From an uncultured virus (IMG/VR IMGVR_UViG_2875733747_000004) (lineage: Duplodnaviria > Heunggongvirae > Uroviricota > Caudoviricetes): a stretch of 20,000 nt of DNA. The notes beneath the pieces are model-generated. The model searched no databases and was not told the DNA's origin. It was given only the letters and a program-made list of their open reading frames with translations. The position numbers were made by a program, and so were the translations under genes. Below are positions 1-7,028 of this stretch, piece after piece. Numbering within the stretch: position 1 is the first letter of the stretch; every line of letters starts with the position of its first letter. The stretch lies in the IMG/VR virus record IMGVR_UViG_2875733747_000004; one strand, 5' to 3'.

Positions 1-40
1 TTTATTCACCTTGTATACAAAATTTATATTTGTGTTCCGA

Positions 41-312
41 TGTTGTATCAATTCTTGCCAAACTTTTAAAAATAGCTGTTAGAGGGTTACCCCTATACCC
101 CTTTACTCCCTAACACTACTTTTTAAACTTTATAGTGAATTTGATGCAACATTGGAAACAAACAGGGTTGAACCCTACAGCTAGAAAGGAAAGAGGTGTT
201 GTATCATTTGTTGCATCAATGTTGCATCACCAAAAATGATACAACACCTACGATTACTTTTTACACTCCCGTGTTGCATCACTCAAAAAATGATGCAACA
301 TCTGATACAACA
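41..312. repeat. Iteron-like cluster of 10-bp TGTTGYATCA repeats; candidate phage replication origin
   Basis: Nine copies: forward at 41, 197, 209, 220, 272; inverted (TGATRCAACA) at 142, 237, 291, 303; non-coding and directly downstream of the primase-helicase gene. Confidence 0.75.
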
Positions 313-341
313 CTCTAAAATGCATATTTATTCAATATTTC

Positions 342-2789
342 TTATATTAAATCCTCTAAACTTTCATCTCTTACATAAGCTATCTGTACACCATAATCTT
401 TTCCAAATCGAATTTTCCCACTTTTATTACCATCATATACAGACCAATTGTCTAATTGTCTTAAGATGTTTGAAATCTTTCTAATTTCCATAGATCCTCT
501 ACTATCTCCCTTATCTTTACCAAAACATTCAACAAACACTTCAAGCGCACAGACTTTATTTCTTTTAACGTAATCTACATTTCCTGTTGGTAACATATCA
601 ACATCACCTTGATAAAATCGTCTTCGTTCAAAGATAGTTAAGTCATCCCAATTGCTAGGAATTGGTGTGTTAAGATATTCATCAATAATGCCTGTATATG
701 GAGATTCCTCAGTATGTTTGCTTTGTATTGAACGCATTTCTTCTTCTAGTTCAGGGTTAAGGAATAAATCTTCTCCTTGTTCATAATAGTGTTTAGCTTC
801 TGCCCAAATTTGGTCAATCTCATCTTTGGTTAGTTTAGACCAGTTCACTTCAACTCTCTCTGGATTTACAGTCATTGGCCAAAAACGTCTTCCACCAGTT
901 TCATCTCTTAAGAAATCAACTTTATTAGTTGTACCAATGAAAATACATTGCCTTGGAAAATCTTCAATATAATGCCCATAAGCAACACGAAATCGGTCAA
1001 CTTGTTTAGATATGAAATGCTTAATAGCTTCAACTTCAGCTTTTCTTGTAGCTGCAAGTTCTGCCATTTCCATTAGCCAAACGCCTTGTAAGGCCTCATA
1101 AGCTTCTTTACCTGTAACAGAAACTAAACTGTCAGAAAACCATGCACCACCTAATTTTTTTAGCAAAGCAGATTTACCTACACCTTGAGGACCATAAAGT
1201 GTAAGCATATAGTCAAATTTACATCCAGGCTCCATTACTCTAGCGATTCCAGCAGTCAATGCTTTTTTGGTAGTTGTTCTATTCACTTCAGTGTCTTCAA
1301 CACCTAAGTATTTGATAAATAACTTTTCAAGGCGTTTATGTCCATCCCACGATATTTTATTTAGATAATCCCTTACTGGATGATAAGCATTTTGCATTGC
1401 TACGCTTATAATGGCATCTTTTGTTTTACCTGAATGGTGTATGTCATAAATCTTTTCGATATAACTTCTTAAACTGCTATCATCACCGTCTTGCCATTGA
1501 CGTGTCTTAAAATTAGTATTCCATGGCACTTTCCCTAAACATTCAATTTGTTTCGTAAATTCGTTAAAGGCTATTTTTCCTTTTAAATTTGGATCATTAC
1601 GCAATATAATTTCTATATTTGGGATACTAGCTTTGAAAGTACCTTTCGAAGTAATTTCTAACGTCTCAGACCATGCATCATCGCTATTTTCTATTTCATC
1701 GAAATCCTGCATTGCATCAGACATTTTGTCATTAATTAATTGCTTTTTAACAACCTCATCATTTTGCGCTCTTTGCTGCATTGCTTTATAACTAGGTAGT
1801 CGATTAACCGGAGTATCTGTTTTAGTTTCTTCATCTTGAGCACCATATAAGTGTATGCGTACTAAATCAAAACTGTTCACAAGCATACCGCTTACGGGAT
1901 CCGTATTATGATGAGAATAGGCAAACTTGTTATTTTCGTATAACACCAATCCACCTGCAGTTGAACCTTCATGATAGGTATAACGGTTAGTAGAATGTTT
2001 TTCGTATAAATCAGGAATAAAAGTTTCTATAGCTTCTTCTATCGTATAGGCTCTACAAAATGCACCAACAATTCCCGACTTTTCTTCTGGGTCGCCTTGC
2101 TTATCTGCTAATCTTTTAGTCTTACTCTCTTCCCTTGAAGACGTTGGCCATTCTAATGTGTCAGTCCAATCAACATATTCATTTAATATTTTATCTGGGT
2201 CTAACAAAGGTAAATCTTCATAGGTAAAGAAAAATTCCGCATCGTTACTAGTTGAAGGCCAATACATTAACCTATGTGGTTGATAAGTTGTATCATCGAA
2301 GTAATCCATGCCAACGATATCTGCGACTTTACGCCCAATAGCTTCATACTCATCTGCATTTACATTTCGTTTTAAAGGAATCACTAAACGCAGTCTTGGA
2401 CTTATCTCTCTATGCTTATGTGTTGAATATAAACAATATGCAAAATCATAAAACATAGATAATATGTCAGTCATATCTTGGGCTGCATAATCGATATCAA
2501 GTGTTAGCATTGAACGATTCATGACTTGACCAGCACGCCGTTTGCCTTCTTTTAAATATCCACCGACAAATCCGCCAACATCTTTTATATCGGCTTGTTC
2601 AGACTTAGACATTTTATTGTACTCAGTTAAATCTTCTTTAGTTCTAACTGTTTGTGCTAGCTTCTGCATAAAGTCAGACCAAGCCATATTGTGATTAGTC
2701 CAATGTGTAGATAAACGACTAGCAGCATAAGAATATGAGACATCACGATCATATTTAATTGTTTCTATTTGAGTGACTTTGTCTAACAT
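342..2789 (-). CDS. Virulence-associated protein E (VirE/VapE) family primase-helicase
   Basis: 815 aa; N-terminal primase-like motifs (LTLDID, STHKH), C-terminal P-loop GPQGVGKS and FIGTTN...TGGRRFW; AAGGAG RBS. Confidence 0.9.
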   Translation of the reverse strand: MLDKVTQIETIKYDRDVSYSYAASRLSTHWTNHNMAWSDFMQKLAQTVRTKEDLTEYNKMSKSEQADIKDVGGFVGGYLKEGKRRAGQVMNRSMLTLDIDYAAQDMTDILSMFYDFAYCLYSTHKHREISPRLRLVIPLKRNVNADEYEAIGRKVADIVGMDYFDDTTYQPHRLMYWPSTSNDAEFFFTYEDLPLLDPDKILNEYVDWTDTLEWPTSSREESKTKRLADKQGDPEEKSGIVGAFCRAYTIEEAIETFIPDLYEKHSTNRYTYHEGSTAGGLVLYENNKFAYSHHNTDPVSGMLVNSFDLVRIHLYGAQDEETKTDTPVNRLPSYKAMQQRAQNDEVVKKQLINDKMSDAMQDFDEIENSDDAWSETLEITSKGTFKASIPNIEIILRNDPNLKGKIAFNEFTKQIECLGKVPWNTNFKTRQWQDGDDSSLRSYIEKIYDIHHSGKTKDAIISVAMQNAYHPVRDYLNKISWDGHKRLEKLFIKYLGVEDTEVNRTTTKKALTAGIARVMEPGCKFDYMLTLYGPQGVGKSALLKKLGGAWFSDSLVSVTGKEAYEALQGVWLMEMAELAATRKAEVEAIKHFISKQVDRFRVAYGHYIEDFPRQCIFIGTTNKVDFLRDETGGRRFWPMTVNPERVEVNWSKLTKDEIDQIWAEAKHYYEQGEDLFLNPELEEEMRSIQSKHTEESPYTGIIDEYLNTPIPSNWDDLTIFERRRFYQGDVDMLPTGNVDYVKRNKVCALEVFVECFGKDKGDSRGSMEIRKISNILRQLDNWSVYDGNKSGKIRFGKDYGVQIAYVRDESLEDLI

Positions 2790-2820
2790 GTTCGGCTCCT
2801 TTCATTATTTTAGATAGAGC

Positions 2821-2840
2821 AGAGAAGCCAACGCCTCTCT
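2821..2840 (-). other. Stem-loop between DUF1514 gene and primase-helicase gene
   Basis: Minus strand AGAGAGGC-GTTG-GCTTCTCT (8-bp stem with one G-U); no clear U tract. Confidence 0.4.
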
Positions 2841-3041
2841 TTAGCTTTTGAATCTTTTTCTAATTCGTTCAACTTCATTTTCATAATCTTCTAAACCTTC
2901 AACACCATTATTTTTTACTAACTGCTTGAAAAGATAAGCATTCATATACTCCAATGCTTCTATGGTTTTCATCTTATGAGAAATGCTACTTAACAAGATC
3001 AATAAAAATATAGATAAAACAATTGAAATGACAATCCACAT
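2841..3041 (-). CDS. DUF1514-like phage protein with N-terminal hydrophobic segment (66 aa)
   Basis: MWIVISIVLSIFLLILL...; start moved to ATG 3041 because GGAGGTG RBS lies at 3050-3056. Confidence 0.75.
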   Translation of the reverse strand: MWIVISIVLSIFLLILLSSISHKMKTIEALEYMNAYLFKQLVKNNGVEGLEDYENEVERIRKRFKS

Positions 3042-3043
3042 AT

Positions 3044-3115
3044 TTACAACACCTCCAGTGCTATTGCTACACACATTAATATAATTAATTCAAAAATGAT
3101 AATAGCTATTACCAT
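3044..3115 (-). CDS. Putative 23-aa hydrophobic micropeptide (MVIAIIIFELIILMCVAIALEVL)
   Basis: ATG overlaps the rinB 3' end; stop lies 2 nt before the next ATG; fills the intergenic gap; not in ORF track. Confidence 0.45.
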   Translation of the reverse strand: MVIAIIIFELIILMCVAIALEVL

Positions 3116-3261
3116 GAAACTTCAGCTCTGATTTTTTCAAAGTCACTTGGCGCCTCTACATCATCATTAGCCGTCATCATAATATATACTTGCTCAGTTA
3201 CATACTTACCTAGCTCATACATCGCTAGTAAGAATAATAGTCTCAAAATTTCTTTAACCAC
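3109..3261 (-). CDS. rinB: RinB family transcriptional regulator (50 aa)
   Basis: Manual translation MVKEILRLLFLLAMYELGKYVTEQVYIMMTANDDVEAPSDFEKIRAEVSW, recognised as staphylococcal phage RinB; GTG start; not in ORF track. Confidence 0.85.
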   Translation of the reverse strand: MVKEILRLLFLLAMYELGKYVTEQVYIMMTANDDVEAPSDFEKIRAEVSW

Positions 3262-3263
3262 CA

Positions 3264-3464
3264 CTAAACACCCCATGTTAATTTATCGATAATTTGTATA
3301 GCTTGTTTTAATGCGTCTCTTTTTTCTTCGATATCTCTATTATCGCCATCTTCATCAGCTGACATTAACTCACTGTCATATTCATATAATAGTTCTGATA
3401 TTTCATTACTAGCTACTACTAATAAGTTTTCATCTACATCAATCGTTACCGTTTTCTTTGGCAT
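3264..3464 (-). CDS. Phage hypothetical protein (66 aa, acidic)
   Basis: ORF in operon; AAGGAGAG RBS at 3471-3478 favours ATG 3464. Confidence 0.7.
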   Translation of the reverse strand: MPKKTVTIDVDENLLVVASNEISELLYEYDSELMSADEDGDNRDIEEKRDALKQAIQIIDKLTWGV

Positions 3465-3627
3465 CTCCATCTCTCCTTATCTTAACTTGTGCCTCGTATT
3501 TGCGCTCAGCTTCTTCTTTACTCTCTGCCTCAATAACTGTAAACGTCTGATTATCTCTAGCCACAGTAATATGTTCATGTGGTCGTCCTGTTGAATCTTT
3601 GAATGTTGTGACTAAGTATTGCGTCAC
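3439..3627 (-). CDS. DUF1381-like phage protein
   Basis: MTQYLVTTFKDSTG...VIEAESKEEA signature; AAGGAGG RBS. Confidence 0.8.
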   Translation of the reverse strand: MTQYLVTTFKDSTGRPHEHITVARDNQTFTVIEAESKEEAERKYEAQVKIRRDGDAKENGND

Positions 3628-3710
3628 TTCCCCAAAACCTCCTTAACTCGATCTAAGATGTCTTTACACTCCGCTACTTCCGAAGCCTTTTGCTCCACGT
3701 TCTGAAACAC
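3624..3710 (-). CDS. Putative 28-aa peptide overprinted on the dut 3' end (MFQNVEQKASEVAECKDILDRVKEVLGK)
   Basis: GGAGG at 3720-3724, 9 nt before GTG 3710; TGA overlaps the next GTG start (GTGA). Confidence 0.4.
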   Translation of the reverse strand: MFQNVEQKASEVAECKDILDRVKEVLGK

Positions 3711-4206
3711 TTTCGAATTCCTCCACTTGCTTTAGTTCCGGTGTCCATATAGGCACGATAACCAATTGAGCTAGTTTATCGCCTTTGTTGATTTGGTAAA
3801 CTCTTCTTATGCCTCTTCCATCTTGTACATAGTTACCTTTTATATCTAAAATGCTTATTAATCCATCTTCTAATTCAGCGTCTATATCATCATATAAAAA
3901 GGGTATTCCATCACGTTCTTCATCATTCTTGATATTAATCCCTAAATTGCCATGATATCCCGCGTCTATCTTGCCTGTTTCAATCACTAAATACGTTTTA
4001 CTACTTACACCACTACGACTAGTTAATAGTCCGACATAGCCCTCTGGTATACTCACAGCTACATCTGTTTTGATCACTGCTTTTTCTTGTGGTTCGAGTA
4101 CGACAGTTTCAGCTGAGAATATGTCATAACCTGCATCCGTCTTATGATTTCGTTCGGGCATTCTAGCATTTTTTGATAATAGTTTTACTTGTAATGTGTT
4201 AGTCAT
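3664..4206 (-). CDS. dut: Trimeric dUTPase (180 aa) with phage-specific variable insertion (motif VI)
   Basis: Motifs AGYDI, SRSG, GKIDAGYHG, AQLV, RGAKGFGSSG; GAGGAGG RBS supports ATG 4206. Confidence 0.95.
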   Translation of the reverse strand: MTNTLQVKLLSKNARMPERNHKTDAGYDIFSAETVVLEPQEKAVIKTDVAVSIPEGYVGLLTSRSGVSSKTYLVIETGKIDAGYHGNLGINIKNDEERDGIPFLYDDIDAELEDGLISILDIKGNYVQDGRGIRRVYQINKGDKLAQLVIVPIWTPELKQVEEFESVSERGAKGFGSSGV

Positions 4207-4210
4207 TTTC

Positions 4211-4447
4211 CTATTCCTCCTCATATTTATAGACAACTTGACCTGCCATAATCCCTACTGCTTCATCAAGTTCAATACCTTCTTTAACTGAATGTTGAAT
4301 AGCATTTGTCATTCCCTCAAGTATTTCATCAAACGCTTGCGCTTTCTTATACACGTCCTCAATCTCTTTTAGCAACCCCTCTGTGTCATTACCGTTATAC
4401 GCACTAGCACTAATAACGGACTGTTCGATTTTTTCGCGATTATTCAT
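4211..4447 (-). CDS. DUF1024-like phage protein
   Basis: MNNREKIEQSVISASAYNGNDTEGLLKEIEDVYKKAQAFDEI; GGAGG RBS at 4457-4461. Confidence 0.8.
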   Translation of the reverse strand: MNNREKIEQSVISASAYNGNDTEGLLKEIEDVYKKAQAFDEILEGMTNAIQHSVKEGIELDEAVGIMAGQVVYKYEEE

Positions 4448-4748
4448 TTGTGTCATCCTCCATAAAAATTTTATTGTTTAATTCCATTCCGAATTTAACT
4501 CTTTCATCATCGTTACCGAATTCGTTTATTAAATCTTTTTCAACGCTCTTGCAATACCTATCCCATGCGCTTGCTTTCTTCTCCAGTTCTTTGTTACAAT
4601 CTCGTAACTTCGCTATATCCCCAATAAGCTCATCTCGTTGCTTCTTGTACTCTTCACGATCTTTTAATGCTTTGTGAAGTTTATCTAATAACTTGTTAGA
4701 GTTAGTACAAAGATTTTTATATTGTTCATCTGATAAGGTGAACGTCAT
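4440..4748 (-). CDS. Phage coiled-coil hypothetical protein
   Basis: 102 aa, heptad-like charged sequence, GGAGG RBS, overlapping neighbours. Confidence 0.75.
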   Translation of the reverse strand: MTFTLSDEQYKNLCTNSNKLLDKLHKALKDREEYKKQRDELIGDIAKLRDCNKELEKKASAWDRYCKSVEKDLINEFGNDDERVKFGMELNNKIFMEDDTNE

Positions 4749-5092
4749 CTCATAACCTCCAATAGCATCTCATTTTCAAAAATATTTCCAACAATTTCAA
4801 TAATATCGTCATTTTCACTTAGTAATTCAGTTACATTGCTAAAAGTTATATAAAAGGCTCCTTCTTTAAACTCGATAAAACTTACTTCTCTCGAATAACA
4901 ATCTTGAACAATATCCCCTTCATAAATCTCCACACCGTGCACATCTTTAAATCCTGTGTATTGTAATAGTTTTACTTCATTGAAACTTTTATAACCTGTT
5001 GAAATCAAAATGTACCCACTATTAAAATCGATTTCGTCAATAATACTCATAACTTTTTTATCTTTATCCCAAGCTTTAAATTTCAACATCAT
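4745..5092 (-). CDS. YopX family protein
   Basis: KFKAWDK...LLQYTGFKD..GVEIYEGDIV...EIVGNIFEN signature. Confidence 0.9.
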   Translation of the reverse strand: MMLKFKAWDKDKKVMSIIDEIDFNSGYILISTGYKSFNEVKLLQYTGFKDVHGVEIYEGDIVQDCYSREVSFIEFKEGAFYITFSNVTELLSENDDIIEIVGNIFENEMLLEVMR

Positions 5093-5490
5093 ACTAGCAA
5101 CTCCCCATCTTTCCAGATTAACGTCATAGTTAGGTCATCGTTTAAGATGTAGAATGCTTTGGTAGGCACACATCTGCCATATAAACATTCTTTTATACTA
5201 GTGTTCTCATATAGTGTAGAGTTATAGTCTCCTTCTTGAATCTCGAATAATTCAATCAACCTATCAACCTTAGTCTCTTCCGTTACTTCTTTTTCAATAT
5301 CAACTATGAAGGGGATATCAATTGGAATAAAACTTGACGTCGAACACTTATTTGTATTTGGATGAAAACGAACGAATCCATCACTAAATCCTGTTGAAAA
5401 AAATATTTTTCCTTGTGATAGATCCGGATTTTCTCGCGCCCATTTAATTAATTCATCTAATCTCATTTCTTTTTTAACTTTGATTTTCAT
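5089..5490 (-). CDS. Phage hypothetical protein (133 aa)
   Basis: ORF with GAGGAG RBS; N-terminus paralogous to 5493-5699. Confidence 0.75.
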   Translation of the reverse strand: MKIKVKKEMRLDELIKWARENPDLSQGKIFFSTGFSDGFVRFHPNTNKCSTSSFIPIDIPFIVDIEKEVTEETKVDRLIELFEIQEGDYNSTLYENTSIKECLYGRCVPTKAFYILNDDLTMTLIWKDGELLV

Positions 5491-5492
5491 TG

Positions 5493-5699
5493 TTATATCT
5501 CCTCTTGAACAGTAAATTTATCGTTAATTGATACGTATCCAGTCACATTACATAAGATGCTATCAACATCAAAAGTCACACAACAGTTGCGTTCAACATC
5601 ATTTGAATAGAATCTTTTATTACCTGATAACTTGGGGTTATCCCAAGCCCATTGGATAAGTTCAGGTAAATTCATTTCTTTTTCAATTTTGATTTTCAT
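5493..5699 (-). CDS. Phage hypothetical protein (68 aa)
   Basis: ORF in operon; N-terminus paralogous to 5089-5490. Confidence 0.7.
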   Translation of the reverse strand: MKIKIEKEMNLPELIQWAWDNPKLSGNKRFYSNDVERNCCVTFDVDSILCNVTGYVSINDKFTVQEEI

Positions 5700-5712
5700 T
5701 GTTTCCGCCCTT

Positions 5713-5955
5713 TTAAAATAAAGTTAGTTGCTTCTGTTCCTCATATTCCAAATCACTTTGCTTTATATATGTTTCAAGCTCTTCCGCTGTATCAAATGTC
5801 TTTTTCACACCTTGCCAACCTGGCACGATATGACCGTGAAAGTAATAAGTGCCATTTACTACATGGATATGTGCCACTCGTTCGTTATCCTGATACAGAT
5901 ATCTCTTAGATCCAAAGAATTGATTTAGGTATTCTTTACGCGCGCTATCTGTCAT
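5713..5955 (-). CDS. phiPVL ORF51-like protein (80 aa)
   Basis: FFGSKRYLYQDNERVAHIHVVNGTYYFHGH signature; AGGAG RBS supports ATG 5955. Confidence 0.75.
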   Translation of the reverse strand: MTDSARKEYLNQFFGSKRYLYQDNERVAHIHVVNGTYYFHGHIVPGWQGVKKTFDTAEELETYIKQSDLEYEEQKQLTLF

Positions 5956-5969
5956 GGTCATCACTCCTT

Positions 5970-6170
5970 TTAACAATTAGGCAGACCAAACGACATGCAT
6001 TCGTCGTATAGCTCTTCATTACTTATGCTTGCCTTATAGTTTTCAATCACATTGCTAACTTCTTTATGACTCATTGCTTTAACTTGTTCGTCTGTATATT
6101 TTTCGCAGTCTTCTAATTCCAGTTGCTCCTGTAATGACATCACATATTCAACTTGTCTTTGGGTTGCCAT
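5970..6170 (-). CDS. Phage hypothetical protein (66 aa)
   Basis: MATQRQVEY...; GGGAGG RBS supports ATG 6170. Confidence 0.7.
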   Translation of the reverse strand: MATQRQVEYVMSLQEQLELEDCEKYTDEQVKAMSHKEVSNVIENYKASISNEELYDECMSFGLPNC

Positions 6171-6172
6171 CG

Positions 6173-6430
6173 TTAACCCTCCCACAAGTCAAAAGCTCTT
6201 TGGACGTAAAACTTCGCCTTTGCTAAATCCTCATGACCATTCTTTAACGGTGCTCTAGACAAGTATTTGATTGCATTACCTATTGCGAATGCTAGTTGAG
6301 GTGGATACTGTGCCGTAACCTGTTCGATAAAATCTATAATTTCAATGTCGCCGTATGTGTAGTGCGCTGGTTGCTTAACATTGTCTTGCGCTTCGTTCAT
6401 ATCTACTTTTCTGTTACTGATTACGCTCAT
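6173..6430 (-). CDS. DUF3310 family protein
   Basis: DNVKQPAHY...IEIIDFI...GNAIKYLSRAPLKNGHEDLAKA signature. Confidence 0.9.
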   Translation of the reverse strand: MSVISNRKVDMNEAQDNVKQPAHYTYGDIEIIDFIEQVTAQYPPQLAFAIGNAIKYLSRAPLKNGHEDLAKAKFYVQRAFDLWEG

Positions 6431-6834
6431 TATGCTTCACTCCATTTCTTGAACATTTGGTTATAAGTGACATCGAACCAGTACGGATCACGTGAATGTT
6501 TTTGTGGCGTTCCATCATAAAGCCATGGTCTTAATCTTCTCTTTCTTTCCTGTTCATATTCCGCTCTCACATTTCGTTGGTATCGGTTCAAAATCGCTTT
6601 TTTTCTGATTTTTTCTCTCCCTTTTTCTTCATCTTTTATTTGACTCTTCATATATTCAACTTCTTCTTTAGATTTTGAGTCCTTTCTTCCACACAATAAT
6701 TCATCGCCGCGCATTTTATGTTTGTATCTATATCTAAGAAGTTCTGGAGATATATGATATTTTTCTGAAACTTCTCTCAATGTCATTAGTTTTCCTTTAA
6801 TACGCACTCTTATAACTTTTCTTCTAGCCATCAT
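6430..6834 (-). CDS. PVL ORF50-like phage protein (basic, N-terminal HTH-like)
   Basis: C-terminal RPWLYDGTPQKHSRDPYW motif typical of the family; GAGGTGG RBS. Confidence 0.75.
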   Translation of the reverse strand: MMARRKVIRVRIKGKLMTLREVSEKYHISPELLRYRYKHKMRGDELLCGRKDSKSKEEVEYMKSQIKDEEKGREKIRKKAILNRYQRNVRAEYEQERKRRLRPWLYDGTPQKHSRDPYWFDVTYNQMFKKWSEA

Positions 6835-7016
6835 TCCACCTCTAAATCTAAAACCTTGATATTTATAACGTTATATTTTAATAGTTCACCTGGATTATTA
6901 AATAAATAGTCCGCCAAATTTTCTTTTTCTTTATCAATCTGATTGTAATTAACACTTTCGACTTCTGTAGGAATTCTAATGTCAACAGAAGCATTGATAT
7001 AAGCTTGATGTTGCAT
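6831..7016 (-). CDS. DUF3113-like phage protein
   Basis: MQHQAYINASVDIRIPTEVE...; position downstream of polA; AGGAG RBS. Confidence 0.7.
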   Translation of the reverse strand: MQHQAYINASVDIRIPTEVESVNYNQIDKEKENLADYLFNNPGELLKYNVINIKVLDLEVE

Positions 7017-7028
7017 GCAATCACACTC

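Noticed and set aside
41..312. Repeat cluster as a CRISPR array
   Set aside because: Repeats are only 10 bp, occur in both orientations and are irregularly spaced; no cas operon
236..484. 82-aa + strand ORF
   Set aside because: Runs through the iteron repeats and antisense to the primase-helicase 3' end; no RBS; composition not protein-like
342..2789. VirE as a virulence factor
   Set aside because: The name is historical; motifs and context indicate a replication primase-helicase
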